Of a stretch of 64,000 bases of DNA, positions 30,048 to 40,528 are shown in pieces. Under the pieces are notes generated by a model. The model saw nothing but the letters and a program-made list of their open reading frames with translations. It was not told the DNA's origin and searched no databases. The DNA comes from Methanotrichaceae archaeon (GTDB lineage Archaea > Halobacteriota > Methanosarcinia > Methanotrichales > Methanotrichaceae). Every line of letters starts with the position of its first letter. Positions within the stretch are counted from its first letter, which is position 1. The position numbers and the translations under genes are program-made. Location: positions 1-64,000 of the forward strand of contig CAVWIG010000039.1 in assembly GCA_963754945.1 (NCBI GenBank). The letters run 5' to 3'.

Positions 30048-30109
30048 AGTTTTTATTTTAGATTATGATTTATTCTAATGTTACCGATATCCAGATCGAA
30101 TTGTATCGA

Positions 30110-32161
30110 TCATTCATAAGATTCGCTATTTAAGACCGCTTTCAGTTCCTCCATATTTATAGGCTTGCATAGATAACCGTCCATGCCGGCATCAAGACAT
30201 TTCTCCCTATCACCTGCAATTGCATGGGCGGTTAAGGCCAAGATCCTGGGACTGCCTGACGGCCAGAGCCTGCGTATTTCTTTGGTGGCCTCCAGGCCAT
30301 CCATTTCTGGCATCTGGACATCCATAAGGATCAGATCGTAGGATTGGCGTTCTAGTGCCTGGAGAACCTCCCGGCCGTTAGCCACTGAATCGGCATTATA
30401 TCCCAGCTTCTTGAGCATTAGAACGGCCATCCTCCGGTTGACAGGGTTGTCCTCGGCAAGGAGAATGCGCAGATCCTTAGCTGCTTTGGATTTATCCTGG
30501 AGTGTCGAGGCTGGTAACGCCATCTCGGATGGACCTGCAAATGCATCAGCACGAACTGTGAAGTGAAAGGTGCTGCCCTTGCCTTCCTCACTCTCGAACC
30601 AGATCCTCCCGCCCATGAGCTCCACCAGCTTCTTGCTTATGGCCAGTCCTAGACCGGTTCCGCCATATTTTCTCGATGTGGAGGCGTCGGCCTGAGAAAA
30701 GGGCAGGAATAACTTTCCACTGGTTTCCCGAGATATGCCTATCCCAGTATCTCTGACTGAGAAGTGTATCTCATAGCCACCATCCGGAAGTTCAGACACC
30801 AATGCCCTAACCTCAATCTCGCCATCCTCGGTGAACTTCACGGCGTTGGAGAGCAAATTGACCAGTACCTGTCGAATCCTTGAAGCATCGCACACCATCG
30901 TTTCTGGGATGCAGCCTTCTGTTCTATAGTGAAGTTTCAGGCCTTTATCCGAGGCCTGGGAGGAGATTAGGTTCAGGCCTTCCTCGATGCAGGACTGTAA
31001 GCGAAAGGGCTGGCGTTCCAGCTCGATCTTTCCTTTCTCTATCTTTGAGAAGTCAAGGATATCGTTTATAATGGCTAGCAGGGCATGACCGCTGTTCCTA
31101 ATGGTTTCGAGATATTCTTTTTGCTCCCCACTGAGGTCGGTCTCCAAAATGAGGCCGGTCATTCCTATAACGGCGTTCATGGGTGTTCGGATCTCATGGC
31201 TCATATTTGCCAGGAAATCGGATTTTGCCTTCGCCGCAGCCTCTGCTGCCTCCTTAGCCCGGACCAGGTCATCCTCGATGTGTTTGCGCTCTGTTATATC
31301 CAGAACGGTTCCCACAACGGCAGGCTTGGACTCGAATGCAGTCATCGATCCAAAAACCTCTATATCGACAAAATCCCCTTTCTTTGTCAGCCCTCTGATC
31401 TCATAGTAAAGGGAGTCAATTACGCCTGCGAGTTTCTTTTGAAGTCCTTCTTCAACCTTAGGCCAATCCTCAGGCAGAACTATGTCCTTTGGTCCCATTT
31501 TGAGGGTCATTTCCTCAACATTATATCCAAAAATCCCCGCGAACCTAGGATTGACGTATTTGAATTTCCAGTCCTGAACGATATATACACCGACCGGCGA
31601 CTTCTCTGCCAGTCCCCTGAATTTGTTCTCGGATTCCTTCAATGATTGCTCGGTTCGTTTACGCTCGGAGATGTCAAGGAAGATTCCCCTAAGCCCAACA
31701 GTCTGACCTTCTTTGACTATGGGTATTGAGTAGGCTATAGCTGGAAATGTGCTGCCGTCTTTCTTTTGCAATCGGTACTCTCGCACTTGCGGGTTTCCTT
31801 GCAGTGCCAGATTGATATCGTTATTGACCAACTCTCTTTCTTCCTGGACAACGACATTTTGGATGTTCAAGCCTGCCGACAAATCATCAGGAATATACCC
31901 TAATAATTGGCGGCCAAAAGGGTTAATGAATACTACATTGCCAAAGGCGTCCAACTCGAATACGGTCTGAGGCAACTGGACTGTCAGCTCCCGATATTTC
32001 CGCTCGCTATCCTTTAGTCCTTTCTTTGTGCCGGATCGCTGTCTGATGTTCAAAGCAGAGATGATTATTAGACCAAGGACCATGGAGAGGAGCATGGTAG
32101 CTAGCGCAAGGATCAAGGGGCTATACTGTTCATCAAATTGAAGGCTGAACATCGCTCTCAC
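30110..32161 (-). CDS. Hybrid sensor histidine kinase/response regulator with two PAS domains
   Basis: TM, 2x [38 protein letters not shown] (LAEDN, LMDVQMP, KP). Confidence 0.95.
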   Translation of the reverse strand: MRAMFSLQFDEQYSPLILALATMLLSMVLGLIIISALNIRQRSGTKKGLKDSERKYRELTVQLPQTVFELDAFGNVVFINPFGRQLLGYIPDDLSAGLNIQNVVVQEERELVNNDINLALQGNPQVREYRLQKKDGSTFPAIAYSIPIVKEGQTVGLRGIFLDISERKRTEQSLKESENKFRGLAEKSPVGVYIVQDWKFKYVNPRFAGIFGYNVEEMTLKMGPKDIVLPEDWPKVEEGLQKKLAGVIDSLYYEIRGLTKKGDFVDIEVFGSMTAFESKPAVVGTVLDITERKHIEDDLVRAKEAAEAAAKAKSDFLANMSHEIRTPMNAVIGMTGLILETDLSGEQKEYLETIRNSGHALLAIINDILDFSKIEKGKIELERQPFRLQSCIEEGLNLISSQASDKGLKLHYRTEGCIPETMVCDASRIRQVLVNLLSNAVKFTEDGEIEVRALVSELPDGGYEIHFSVRDTGIGISRETSGKLFLPFSQADASTSRKYGGTGLGLAISKKLVELMGGRIWFESEEGKGSTFHFTVRADAFAGPSEMALPASTLQDKSKAAKDLRILLAEDNPVNRRMAVLMLKKLGYNADSVANGREVLQALERQSYDLILMDVQMPEMDGLEATKEIRRLWPSGSPRILALTAHAIAGDREKCLDAGMDGYLCKPINMEELKAVLNSESYE

Positions 32162-32576
32162 ACCAGCATATCTTAGAAAGGAACTGAAAGGCGGCTAGAA
32201 CTTCTTGATGATAGGCCCCCATGCACTCTGTCCCGCCGTTCACTCGGGAGCTGTCTTGCGAGTAGCAGTTAAGGACAAGAACCCGGGTCCTCCCATCTCT
32301 TGTCCTTGCTGATGTCGCTCTCTCACTTCCCGAGACCAGGAAGCAACCGACCGTATAAAGGCCTCTGCAACCTGGAGAAGCCAGCATATTGCCATCTCCG
32401 GATTCTAACTGTGTGCACTGCCATCAAAATTGCATATCCCAAGCATCCATTCAGATTGGACTGACCGACTCGGCCGCGATTAGACTTTGGATAAGCCGGT
32501 CATATCGATATTTTAATCTAAGTTGTTGCGTGATCTGCAGTATGTTTCGCTACATCGTCTTATTGTTCACTTGCTC

Positions 32577-33833
32577 CTAAATAATGCCCTTTAGCAGCTC
32601 GGTAGGGTTTATCAGCCCCAAACGCTGCCAGATGATGTAGATCCCCAAGAAGGTTCCCGCCAGGGCCCCGACGTTTGCCATAGCTGCGACCAGTATGACC
32701 TTGAAGAACCGGTTCTTCATCATGTCGTCAAAGGACTCAACATCGGCCAGCTTCTTGATGTCCGAAACCGTGGGCTTGCGCTTCCAGGCTTCTACCATTC
32801 CGGCAAACCATCCCGCACCGGCAAATGGAACCAGGTTGGTCATCCAGGCCATCAACAGTGCAGTCAAAGCCGACAGCGGATGTCCGCGAGCAATAACTAC
32901 TCCCAGACAGCTCAGCACTCCGTGGACTACAAACCATATCCCGAAGGCCAACAGTAGATTCTGGCTGGAGTAGCCTTTTGAAAGGATCAACCCGATGGTT
33001 GCTAACATGATAAGAACCATCGCTGCTCCGAAGACCCTCACAAAAGTGATCTTCTTTTTGGGCTTCTCGCTGAGCATTTCTATCGTCGGGATCGACTCCG
33101 GGTGGGCCAGGAGTTTCGTTATTCCCTCCTTGTGGCCCGCGCCTACAACAGCCAGAACCTTTCCTTCCTTTGAGAGCCGGTACAGGTTCTTGGCAATGTA
33201 AGCGTCTCTCTCGTCAACGAGAACATTGGCCGCTGCTGGAGAAACTTTGCGGAACTCCGAGATCATCTGGGATACTACGTCGTCCTGGGTGATGGTTTCT
33301 ATATCGATTTCCTCCTTGTCCCCCATGCCCAGGGCAGCTGGCGCTAAGGCAAAGACAAGCTTGATCTTGTCTATTATTCCCATGGCCGACCAGAAGCGTT
33401 GGATGGTTATGCCTACATCTCGATCCACCAGGGCGACTTTTGCCCCTGTCCTCTGGGCAGTTTCGATGGCAGCCAGCATCTCAGAGCCGGGCTTGACTCC
33501 CATCTCTTCCCCGATCTTCTTCTGGATGTAGGCCAGGAACATCTGGACAAGCAGGAAGTAGAGCTTCTGACCGCTGAGAAGCTCGCTTATCTTTATTTCC
33601 CGCTCTTCCTCATGGCCTGTCAGGGCCCTGTACCGACCTGGACATAGCTCCACTGCTACTATGTCTGGCCTGAGTTCTTCTATGGCTTTAGTGACCTCTT
33701 GAACGCTCTTTTCCGATACGTGAGCGGTTCCCACGATCACTATCTCGTGGGGTTCGCCTGAAGGCTGACCCAGACCAACCATGGGCTGGCATATGGGTGC
33801 AACCGTCTCTTTCTTGTCCTCTGAATTCTCCAA
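32577..33833 (-). CDS. TraB/GumN family (pheromone-shutdown-like) protein
   Basis: VGTAHVS, VAVELC, PGSEM, DRDV, ERD, VVGAGH, C-terminal TMs. Confidence 0.93.
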   Translation of the reverse strand: MENSEDKKETVAPICQPMVGLGQPSGEPHEIVIVGTAHVSEKSVQEVTKAIEELRPDIVAVELCPGRYRALTGHEEEREIKISELLSGQKLYFLLVQMFLAYIQKKIGEEMGVKPGSEMLAAIETAQRTGAKVALVDRDVGITIQRFWSAMGIIDKIKLVFALAPAALGMGDKEEIDIETITQDDVVSQMISEFRKVSPAAANVLVDERDAYIAKNLYRLSKEGKVLAVVGAGHKEGITKLLAHPESIPTIEMLSEKPKKKITFVRVFGAAMVLIMLATIGLILSKGYSSQNLLLAFGIWFVVHGVLSCLGVVIARGHPLSALTALLMAWMTNLVPFAGAGWFAGMVEAWKRKPTVSDIKKLADVESFDDMMKNRFFKVILVAAMANVGALAGTFLGIYIIWQRLGLINPTELLKGII

Positions 33834-34122
33834 ATTGACTACCTCTCGGAGATTTCCCTATCAGCGCGGAATTTCAGGCTCTGACAAGGTCCTCCTGGAG
33901 ACAAACTCCAACAGATTGCCGTGTTCGTCACTTAGCCTGATTTCAATCTCGTTCATCGCATTTATGAAGCAGTTAACATCTCCCCATGGGTTCGATTACA
34001 TATAGCTTTTTGGTCAATGTTCCAACATCGTGCAATCCCAATACACCGGGATTCTGTTTGTTCCATCCTTTTGATCGATAGGAAATCTTGCTATCATCAA
34101 TTACGCAAGTTCGCTGCACTGC

Positions 34123-35529
34123 CTAATCAAACCTGGATTCCTTCCCTCTTATGACCGACATAACTCCTGCTATGGCAAGCAGTATCAAGGATGCCCAAAG
34201 CGCAGAGTCCATTCCTGTTATGAACTCTTTTGAAAGCCCGCCGGCGAGGTTGGTTGTACCAATGAATATCTCGAAGGCATCGGACCTGGGAATTGACGCT
34301 GATGCTACCGAGATCGCCAGCACAAAACTACCCAAGATGCCGATGTTTTGCAGTGTTCTAAGGAGGCCGGATATGCTCCCATACGATCCTGTCCGCGCAC
34401 TGGCCATCACGGCACTGTTGTTTGCCGGATAGAACATCGAGGTTCCAATACCGGAAATAGCTGAAGCTATAAGCACGACGTAAATTGAGGTGTTCTGTCC
34501 AAGCGTCAGATAAACCAGAATTGCAAACCCAAGCATCACTATTCCAGTGCTGGCTATTATTCTTGCACCATAGCGGTCTGATAACTTTCCCATCAAAGGA
34601 CTGAGAATGCTACCCACTACATAGCCTGGTATCAGCAGGAGGGAGGCGTCTAGCGGAGATAGCCCTCTCACACCCTGGAGGTACATGATTATCAGGAATA
34701 CAACTGAAAGAAACCCTAAGGACATAAAGAAGGCAGCTAGGATAGAGTACTTGAGAACCCTATCGCTGAACGCTCTGAGATCAAGCATAGGACTTGTCGA
34801 CCTCATCTCATAGAATATGAATAGGGGAACGGTTATCGCTCCAAGTGTCATCATTACTAAATTGAAAGAGTTTAGGCCCTGCCCTGCATAGTCCACAGCT
34901 CCGAAAGATAAGAACGAAAGGGACCCAGCCAGCAGCGACATTCCAACCAAGTCCAGGCTTGTCTTGACCTGCTCGACGTCTTTCAGATAAATTATTCCTA
35001 GAATCACCGCAGCTATCCCGATGGGAATGTTGATGAAGAAGATGTACTCCCATCCAAGAAAGGTTGTGATCAATCCCCCTAACACGATGCCGATCATTGC
35101 CCCGGCGGTCCAGCCAAGGGAGTTGTAACCGAATGCAGTTCCTCTCTCGTTTCTGGGAAACACATCAGCAATTATTGCACCGCTATTCGATTGCAGAAGC
35201 GATCCACCGATGGCCTGCACGGCCCTGAATAGTATCAGCAACTGAATATTTGAGGCAATACCACAAAGAACTGATCCTATTGTGAATATTGCGAATCCTG
35301 CATTGAACATTTTGCTTCTTCCGTAAAGGTCTCCGATCCTACCGAAGGGGGTTGTGGTCACGGCAGTGACGAGAAGATAGATTAGAATTGTCCAGATCGT
35401 AGTAGCGATATCGGAGTGAAACCCTGCTGCTATTGCCGGGAATGCGAGTATTACAATAGTGCTGTCCAGGGCTCCCATTAGAGTACCCAATACTAAGACA
35501 AACAGCACTATGGTCTGCTTGGAGTTCAC
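34123..35529 (-). CDS. MFS transporter, DHA2 (EmrB/QacA) type
   Basis: LDSTIV..AFP, GRIGDLYGR, RAVQAIGG, IFFINIPIG; about 14 TMs. Confidence 0.93.
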   Translation of the reverse strand: MNSKQTIVLFVLVLGTLMGALDSTIVILAFPAIAAGFHSDIATTIWTILIYLLVTAVTTTPFGRIGDLYGRSKMFNAGFAIFTIGSVLCGIASNIQLLILFRAVQAIGGSLLQSNSGAIIADVFPRNERGTAFGYNSLGWTAGAMIGIVLGGLITTFLGWEYIFFINIPIGIAAVILGIIYLKDVEQVKTSLDLVGMSLLAGSLSFLSFGAVDYAGQGLNSFNLVMMTLGAITVPLFIFYEMRSTSPMLDLRAFSDRVLKYSILAAFFMSLGFLSVVFLIIMYLQGVRGLSPLDASLLLIPGYVVGSILSPLMGKLSDRYGARIIASTGIVMLGFAILVYLTLGQNTSIYVVLIASAISGIGTSMFYPANNSAVMASARTGSYGSISGLLRTLQNIGILGSFVLAISVASASIPRSDAFEIFIGTTNLAGGLSKEFITGMDSALWASLILLAIAGVMSVIRGKESRFD

Positions 35530-35629
35530 TAGAAGGACAATTCTGCCCAGAGGGTATTAAATTATCGCACGACTGCGAAAGGATTTAATGCATCATCGAT
35601 GCTATTGCCAAAATGCAGGGATGACATAG

Positions 35630-36541
35630 ATGAAGAAGCCTTTATTGGTGGGATTGCTCGTAGTTGTCGCCATCACTGCATTTGTTGGCCTTCAATCGCT
35701 TTCGGAAAACAAGCAAGATTGGCGTGTAACCAGCGATGGACTATTGGACTATTCACCATCCGTACCCGAATATCAGTTGAAACAGATTGTTACTTCAAAC
35801 GACTCCACGCTGTACGAAGTCAGATTCACAAGCAGAGATACGCAGATAGCGGGCCTCCTGAGAATGCCTCCAATTAAGCAGGAGGACAAAGAAAAACAGA
35901 GTAACGGCATCCCCAGCATAGTACTGCTCCCCGGCGCAACGGTGACAAAAGAAAGAGAACAAGGCGTTGCAAAATATCTGTGTAGCCTCGGCTTTGCGAT
36001 TATCACTCTTGATCAGCGCAACCTGGGCGCTACCGATATGCAGGGCGACCTACAGATGTTTCTGAAGGGCATCGAGCCTACAGAGCACAAAATGGTGCAT
36101 GATGCTCTTGCAGCCGCCGAGGTCCTCAGGAATCAGCCCAGAATTGATCCCAATCGCATATTATACGTCGGGGAGAGCAATGGCGGACGCTTTGCGATTA
36201 TTGCCTGTGCTCTTGACCCAAAGGCTTGCGGTGTGATTGCCATAAGCACTTCCGGCTATGGAATAGATGCTGCGATCACATCAGGAGTGCTGAAGGACCA
36301 GGACACGATTCGGTTCTACAAATCAATTGACCCGGAGACGTACCTTTCAAAAATTCCTCCCAGGAAGCTGGTGATGTTTCATTCGATCAACGATCCTGTT
36401 ATTCCTTACGAGTACGCAAATAGTACTTACGAAAAGGCGCTCCCGCCTAAGGATTTCTACACAGTAAAATGTCAAATGCATGGCCACTGCACGGATATGG
36501 ATGCGGCTCTCGAGAAAGAGCTCACGAACATGGTTAAGTGA
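35630..36541 (+). CDS. Membrane-anchored alpha/beta hydrolase
   Basis: GESNGG nucleophile elbow, DPVIP, C-terminal HGH. Confidence 0.85.
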   Translation: MKKPLLVGLLVVVAITAFVGLQSLSENKQDWRVTSDGLLDYSPSVPEYQLKQIVTSNDSTLYEVRFTSRDTQIAGLLRMPPIKQEDKEKQSNGIPSIVLLPGATVTKEREQGVAKYLCSLGFAIITLDQRNLGATDMQGDLQMFLKGIEPTEHKMVHDALAAAEVLRNQPRIDPNRILYVGESNGGRFAIIACALDPKACGVIAISTSGYGIDAAITSGVLKDQDTIRFYKSIDPETYLSKIPPRKLVMFHSINDPVIPYEYANSTYEKALPPKDFYTVKCQMHGHCTDMDAALEKELTNMVK

Positions 36542-36779
36542 CTCTAATGGGATGAATGGATCGCGATATTTGAGACTATTCTTAAAGTGGATTATTTTAA
36601 AAGTGGAATATTCTTGATTGGAATATTCTTAATGTTGAATACCAAACGAACCGACTATATGGATTCCCGGAAGGGTTGGGACCAAAATTCCAACAGCACT
36701 TTGAAGAGCTGCATTTAAGTGCAACCCGGTCCAAGAATATACGTCGTTGATCTTATAACGAAACAGGGATGGCGGACAC

Positions 36780-37223
36780 ATGGGCGATGGGGACATAAGG
36801 ATAGAGCTTGTGAATTTCTGGGAGGAAGAGCAGATAGTCGAGCTCTACCGGTCGGAAGGCTGGTGGAAGGACTTTATGGATAAATCAGGGATACCAGATT
36901 TGATCCGAGGGAGCTATCTGTTTGCCCTGGCGATCGATATCTCGACCGGCAAGCCCATTGGAATGGGCCGAGTGATCTCTGATGGGATCGCTGACGCCTA
37001 TATTCAGGACCTGGTGGTCCTTCCTGAGTGGAGGAAGAAAAATGCCGGTGGTATGATCGTATCTGCGCTAATAGAACAATGCGTCTCCAATGGTATATCA
37101 TGGATTGGCTTGATCGCACAGCCCGGCACAGATGCGTTCTACAGGTCCATTGGGTTCGAACCCATGGCAGGCCATGTGCCAATGCTTTACCACGGAGGAA
37201 GGGGAAATGTTGGAAGCAACTGA
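36780..37223 (+). CDS. GNAT family N-acetyltransferase
   Basis: IGMGRVISDG..AYIQDLVVLPEWR..G, FYRSIGF. Confidence 0.9.
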   Translation: MGDGDIRIELVNFWEEEQIVELYRSEGWWKDFMDKSGIPDLIRGSYLFALAIDISTGKPIGMGRVISDGIADAYIQDLVVLPEWRKKNAGGMIVSALIEQCVSNGISWIGLIAQPGTDAFYRSIGFEPMAGHVPMLYHGGRGNVGSN

Positions 37224-38115
37224 TTTCAAACCCGTTTCGCTAAGCGACAGGGAGCGTTTTATAAAACACTATGAGCGTTTTCCGCAGGTTCATAGCGATA
37301 ATACCTTCACCAATATGGTGTGTTGGAACCATTATGCGCATTACAGGTATGCTTACATCCGAGGCAGCATAGTTCTTTCCACAACCTTAGATGGAAGGAC
37401 ACGCTATCGTCCACCAATTGGGCCGCATAATCCCGATTTGCTTCTGGACATCATGAGGTTGGCAACCAAAAGCAACGACGACCTCCCGTTCTTGATCCTT
37501 GACCCGGAAACAAAAGAATGGATCTCAGAGTTGTATCCGGATTTAGAGCTATATCCTGAGCGAAAATATTTTGACTACGTATACCGTGCTTCTGACCTTG
37601 CCGAACTGCCCGGCAAGAGATACATCACCATCAGGCACCAATTGAATCAATTCCAGCGTACTTGTTCGCCTGTAGTTGAGCCAATTACAAGAGATAGTGT
37701 CGAAGATGTCTTGGATTTCCTGGACAAGTGGTGCGATTGGAAAGACTGCAATTCGGATCCCGTGCTCGCAAACGAAAAAGAAGCCGTACTTTTCGCGATA
37801 GCCAATTACGATGAGCTGAAGCTATCAGGCCTTGTTATTAGAGTGGAAGGCAAAGTTGGAGCAATGTCAATCTTTGAAGGTCTCAATAAAGACACTGCGT
37901 TGGTCCACTTCGAGAAGGGCCTCCCGGACTGCAAAGGGATTTATAGAGCCATCAACGCCGAGACCGCCCGAATCCTGGCTAGGCACTATGTTTACATCAA
38001 CAGGGAGAGCGATATGGGAGTAGCCGGGATAAGAGAGGCCAAGATGAGGTATCATCCAGATCACATGGTTGAAGTGCATTTTGCAAAGAGGGAAGAGCTG
38101 GAGAGGGTGATCTGA
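37207..38115 (+). CDS. DUF2156 family protein (aminoacyl-tRNA-dependent transferase fold)
   Basis: FDYVY..DL.ELPG, VHFEKG, INRESDMG..GIREAK..YHP; start overlaps the GNAT gene. Confidence 0.85.
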   Translation: MLEATDFKPVSLSDRERFIKHYERFPQVHSDNTFTNMVCWNHYAHYRYAYIRGSIVLSTTLDGRTRYRPPIGPHNPDLLLDIMRLATKSNDDLPFLILDPETKEWISELYPDLELYPERKYFDYVYRASDLAELPGKRYITIRHQLNQFQRTCSPVVEPITRDSVEDVLDFLDKWCDWKDCNSDPVLANEKEAVLFAIANYDELKLSGLVIRVEGKVGAMSIFEGLNKDTALVHFEKGLPDCKGIYRAINAETARILARHYVYINRESDMGVAGIREAKMRYHPDHMVEVHFAKREELERVI

Positions 38116-38289
38116 TTTCTCGTTCGTTGAGGCTAAGCGATTATAAAAGCGGCATCAGCCATGTCCCGTCACCTCGACTAGTATAGCGATTCCAAATTAA
38201 CTTAGCAATGAATGGCCTTTGAAGCATGCTTTTTCATTGCACGTCAAATTTGGAAGCTATGCACTAGAATCACAAAAGAGGGCACAAGT

Positions 38290-38763
38290 TCACTCACCCT
38301 TGCCCTGACCGGCTTTGGCTTGCAAGTTCTGATAAGCTTCACGTGCTAGTGAGCTCACGTCTAAGCCCAGTTCCCTCCCAACTAGGAGCACCACAGCCTC
38401 CAGGTCAACAAGGCCTTTGAGGGAGTCCTGCTTATCGTTGGCCAAAGCTATAACCTCTTTCTTGCTCATCCCTGTCTTGGCGGTGATGAGCCTTATCCCC
38501 TTCTCCAAAATCCCCTCTTCGACTGAAGGCTTGAACCCCAGGGGGATCTCTACCGCGACAGTGTCGTGAGAGGCATGAACCATCTCTCCTTCCAAGCGGA
38601 CCAATCCATCCGCCTCGGCTTCGCGTAGAAGGGCCCTCACCTTATCCGGCGGGCCCCATTTGAGGTCCAGAGACAGGGCAAAGATGAAGTCGCTTATCTT
38701 CAGGCTCTCCTTTCCGCGCTTCTTGAAAGGAGTGGCTACCAGATAGGCTTTTTCGCGATCCAA
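38290..38763 (-). CDS. DUF2240 family archaeal protein
   Basis: VATPFKKRG..FIFALSLDLKW.PP, VEIPLGFKP. Confidence 0.85.
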   Translation of the reverse strand: MDREKAYLVATPFKKRGKESLKISDFIFALSLDLKWGPPDKVRALLREAEADGLVRLEGEMVHASHDTVAVEIPLGFKPSVEEGILEKGIRLITAKTGMSKKEVIALANDKQDSLKGLVDLEAVVLLVGRELGLDVSSLAREAYQNLQAKAGQGKGE

Positions 38764-38944
38764 GAAACCACCAGCAAATATATGTCTTTAAATGCCATGA
38801 CGGCACATATAGCTATCCATGGTACCTCCGGGTTCCGGTCATGCAAATTTATTTATCGCTTCAAGAATACTGTTTTATAGCTTGATAAATAACTCTAGAA
38901 AAATCTTAAATGCGAAAACGGCGTTTGTCATAGCGTGGTGTTAG

Positions 38945-40528
38945 ATGAGGCTGAGCATTCCAATAATTATCCTGTTCCTACTGTCAGGGGCAGCCGCTGC
39001 ACAGATATCCTCGGACAGAGAGAGGTTTGACATAGAGCTACACCCCGGCGAGGTCCAGGAAAAAATCCTTACACTGACCAACACTGGAGACTCACCAATA
39101 TCGGAGATCTCAAAGACATCTATTGGGGGTGATGCCAAGGACCTCATATATCTGGACATGCCCGATCCCAAGATCCTGGCCCCACAAGACAAAGAAGAGA
39201 TAAAGATCTTCTTCGCCATTCCCCCAGAGACTGAACCAGGGACTTACACCGGGTTCATGTATTTGATCGACAGCTCGCCGCCATCCATGCCATTGGTGGT
39301 AGAATTTCATATCGATGTAATAAAACAGGAAAGCTACGGCCTCAGTCTGTCCATCAACGACGCTAAGATGGCTTCAACCACTGCCAAGGCCGACGAATCT
39401 GCGAAGCTAGACCTTGTGATCAGGAACACGGGCCAGTTCAGGGATGTGGCATCCATAAATTCGTCTTCACTCCCTTCGGGTTGGATGGTCAGCCTCATGG
39501 AAGGAGACAACGAGGTCACCCTTCCATACGACGTGCCCCTTGCGCCAGGCACAAGCCACGGTATGAAGCTGAAGATTATTTCTGCTAACCCCGGCCAGAT
39601 GGGTCTCGTGAACATCACTGCCATGTCAATGGGGAATAGGTCCAAAATCTCTACGGCCCAGGCTTCTGTCCAATTTGGCATAGCTATAAGGGCGTACAAA
39701 GCCAATATCGATGTACCTGAGAAGTTGGTGGTCAACAGGACATACGATGGCGCTTTCAGCATAGAGCTCGGCGTAAAGGAAACTATTAAGGTGGGAGTGT
39801 TCACCCCGCCAAACCTGATGGTAATACCTTTGACCCAGGTTATCTCGGTTAGCCCGGATGCGGCTGGAGTGGCGAACTTCACGTTGCTAGCAAACCAACC
39901 CGGAAATTATCCAGTTCTGTTCAAGGCTGTGGACTCGAATGGAATACCCCTGCCGGATGAAATGACCACGGTAACGACAATAGAGCCTTCTGGCACAGCA
40001 ATGCTCACCGCGGACTCTTTCCTTTACAGGACTCTAGCGTCTCTAGCCAGGTTGGATAACCGGTCAATACCGGAAATACTGATCTCCCCCACGGGGCTTA
40101 ACGAGAAGGATAGAGAGAGCCTGTTATCGTACACTCAAGTGTTAATTCTGGGCAATGAGTCCATAGTCCCCTCGGAGGCGGAGAGGTCCCTGGCAGACGT
40201 GCCAAATGTCACTAGGATAGGAGGGACGAACATCGGCGAGATGTCCTGGCGCTTCATTTCGGAGATGTGGAAGAACGGGGCAACCGGTGTAATCGTCTCC
40301 ACACCAAAGGACAATGATGTCTTCAAAGCATACCAGGAGGCCAGAATGCAAGACTTCCCGCTAGTGATCTGCGATTCTCCCATGACAAATACAACAAGAT
40401 CGATAATCCAGGACTTTGCCAAGCGCAGAACACGCCTTTCCCAGGCTCTAATAGTGGGCAGGGTCCCAGAAGATACCTTGAAGGCCCTAAAGGATTTGGG
40501 TATTTCCGTTAAAGAGGTGGCACAGTGA
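38945..40528 (+). CDS. Secreted Ig-like multidomain protein with cell-wall-binding-repeat-2-like C-terminus
   Basis: Signal peptide; LTNTG/IRNTG Ig motifs; VLILGNESIVP..VTRIGG; stop overlaps the next start. Confidence 0.75.
   Translation: MRLSIPIIILFLLSGAAAAQISSDRERFDIELHPGEVQEKILTLTNTGDSPISEISKTSIGGDAKDLIYLDMPDPKILAPQDKEEIKIFFAIPPETEPGTYTGFMYLIDSSPPSMPLVVEFHIDVIKQESYGLSLSINDAKMASTTAKADESAKLDLVIRNTGQFRDVASINSSSLPSGWMVSLMEGDNEVTLPYDVPLAPGTSHGMKLKIISANPGQMGLVNITAMSMGNRSKISTAQASVQFGIAIRAYKANIDVPEKLVVNRTYDGAFSIELGVKETIKVGVFTPPNLMVIPLTQVISVSPDAAGVANFTLLANQPGNYPVLFKAVDSNGIPLPDEMTTVTTIEPSGTAMLTADSFLYRTLASLARLDNRSIPEILISPTGLNEKDRESLLSYTQVLILGNESIVPSEAERSLADVPNVTRIGGTNIGEMSWRFISEMWKNGATGVIVSTPKDNDVFKAYQEARMQDFPLVICDSPMTNTTRSIIQDFAKRRTRLSQALIVGRVPEDTLKALKDLGISVKEVAQ

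Noticed and set aside
36575-36637. Possible mini-CRISPR
   Set aside because: Repeats are short, contiguous and spacer-less; no cas genes in the window.
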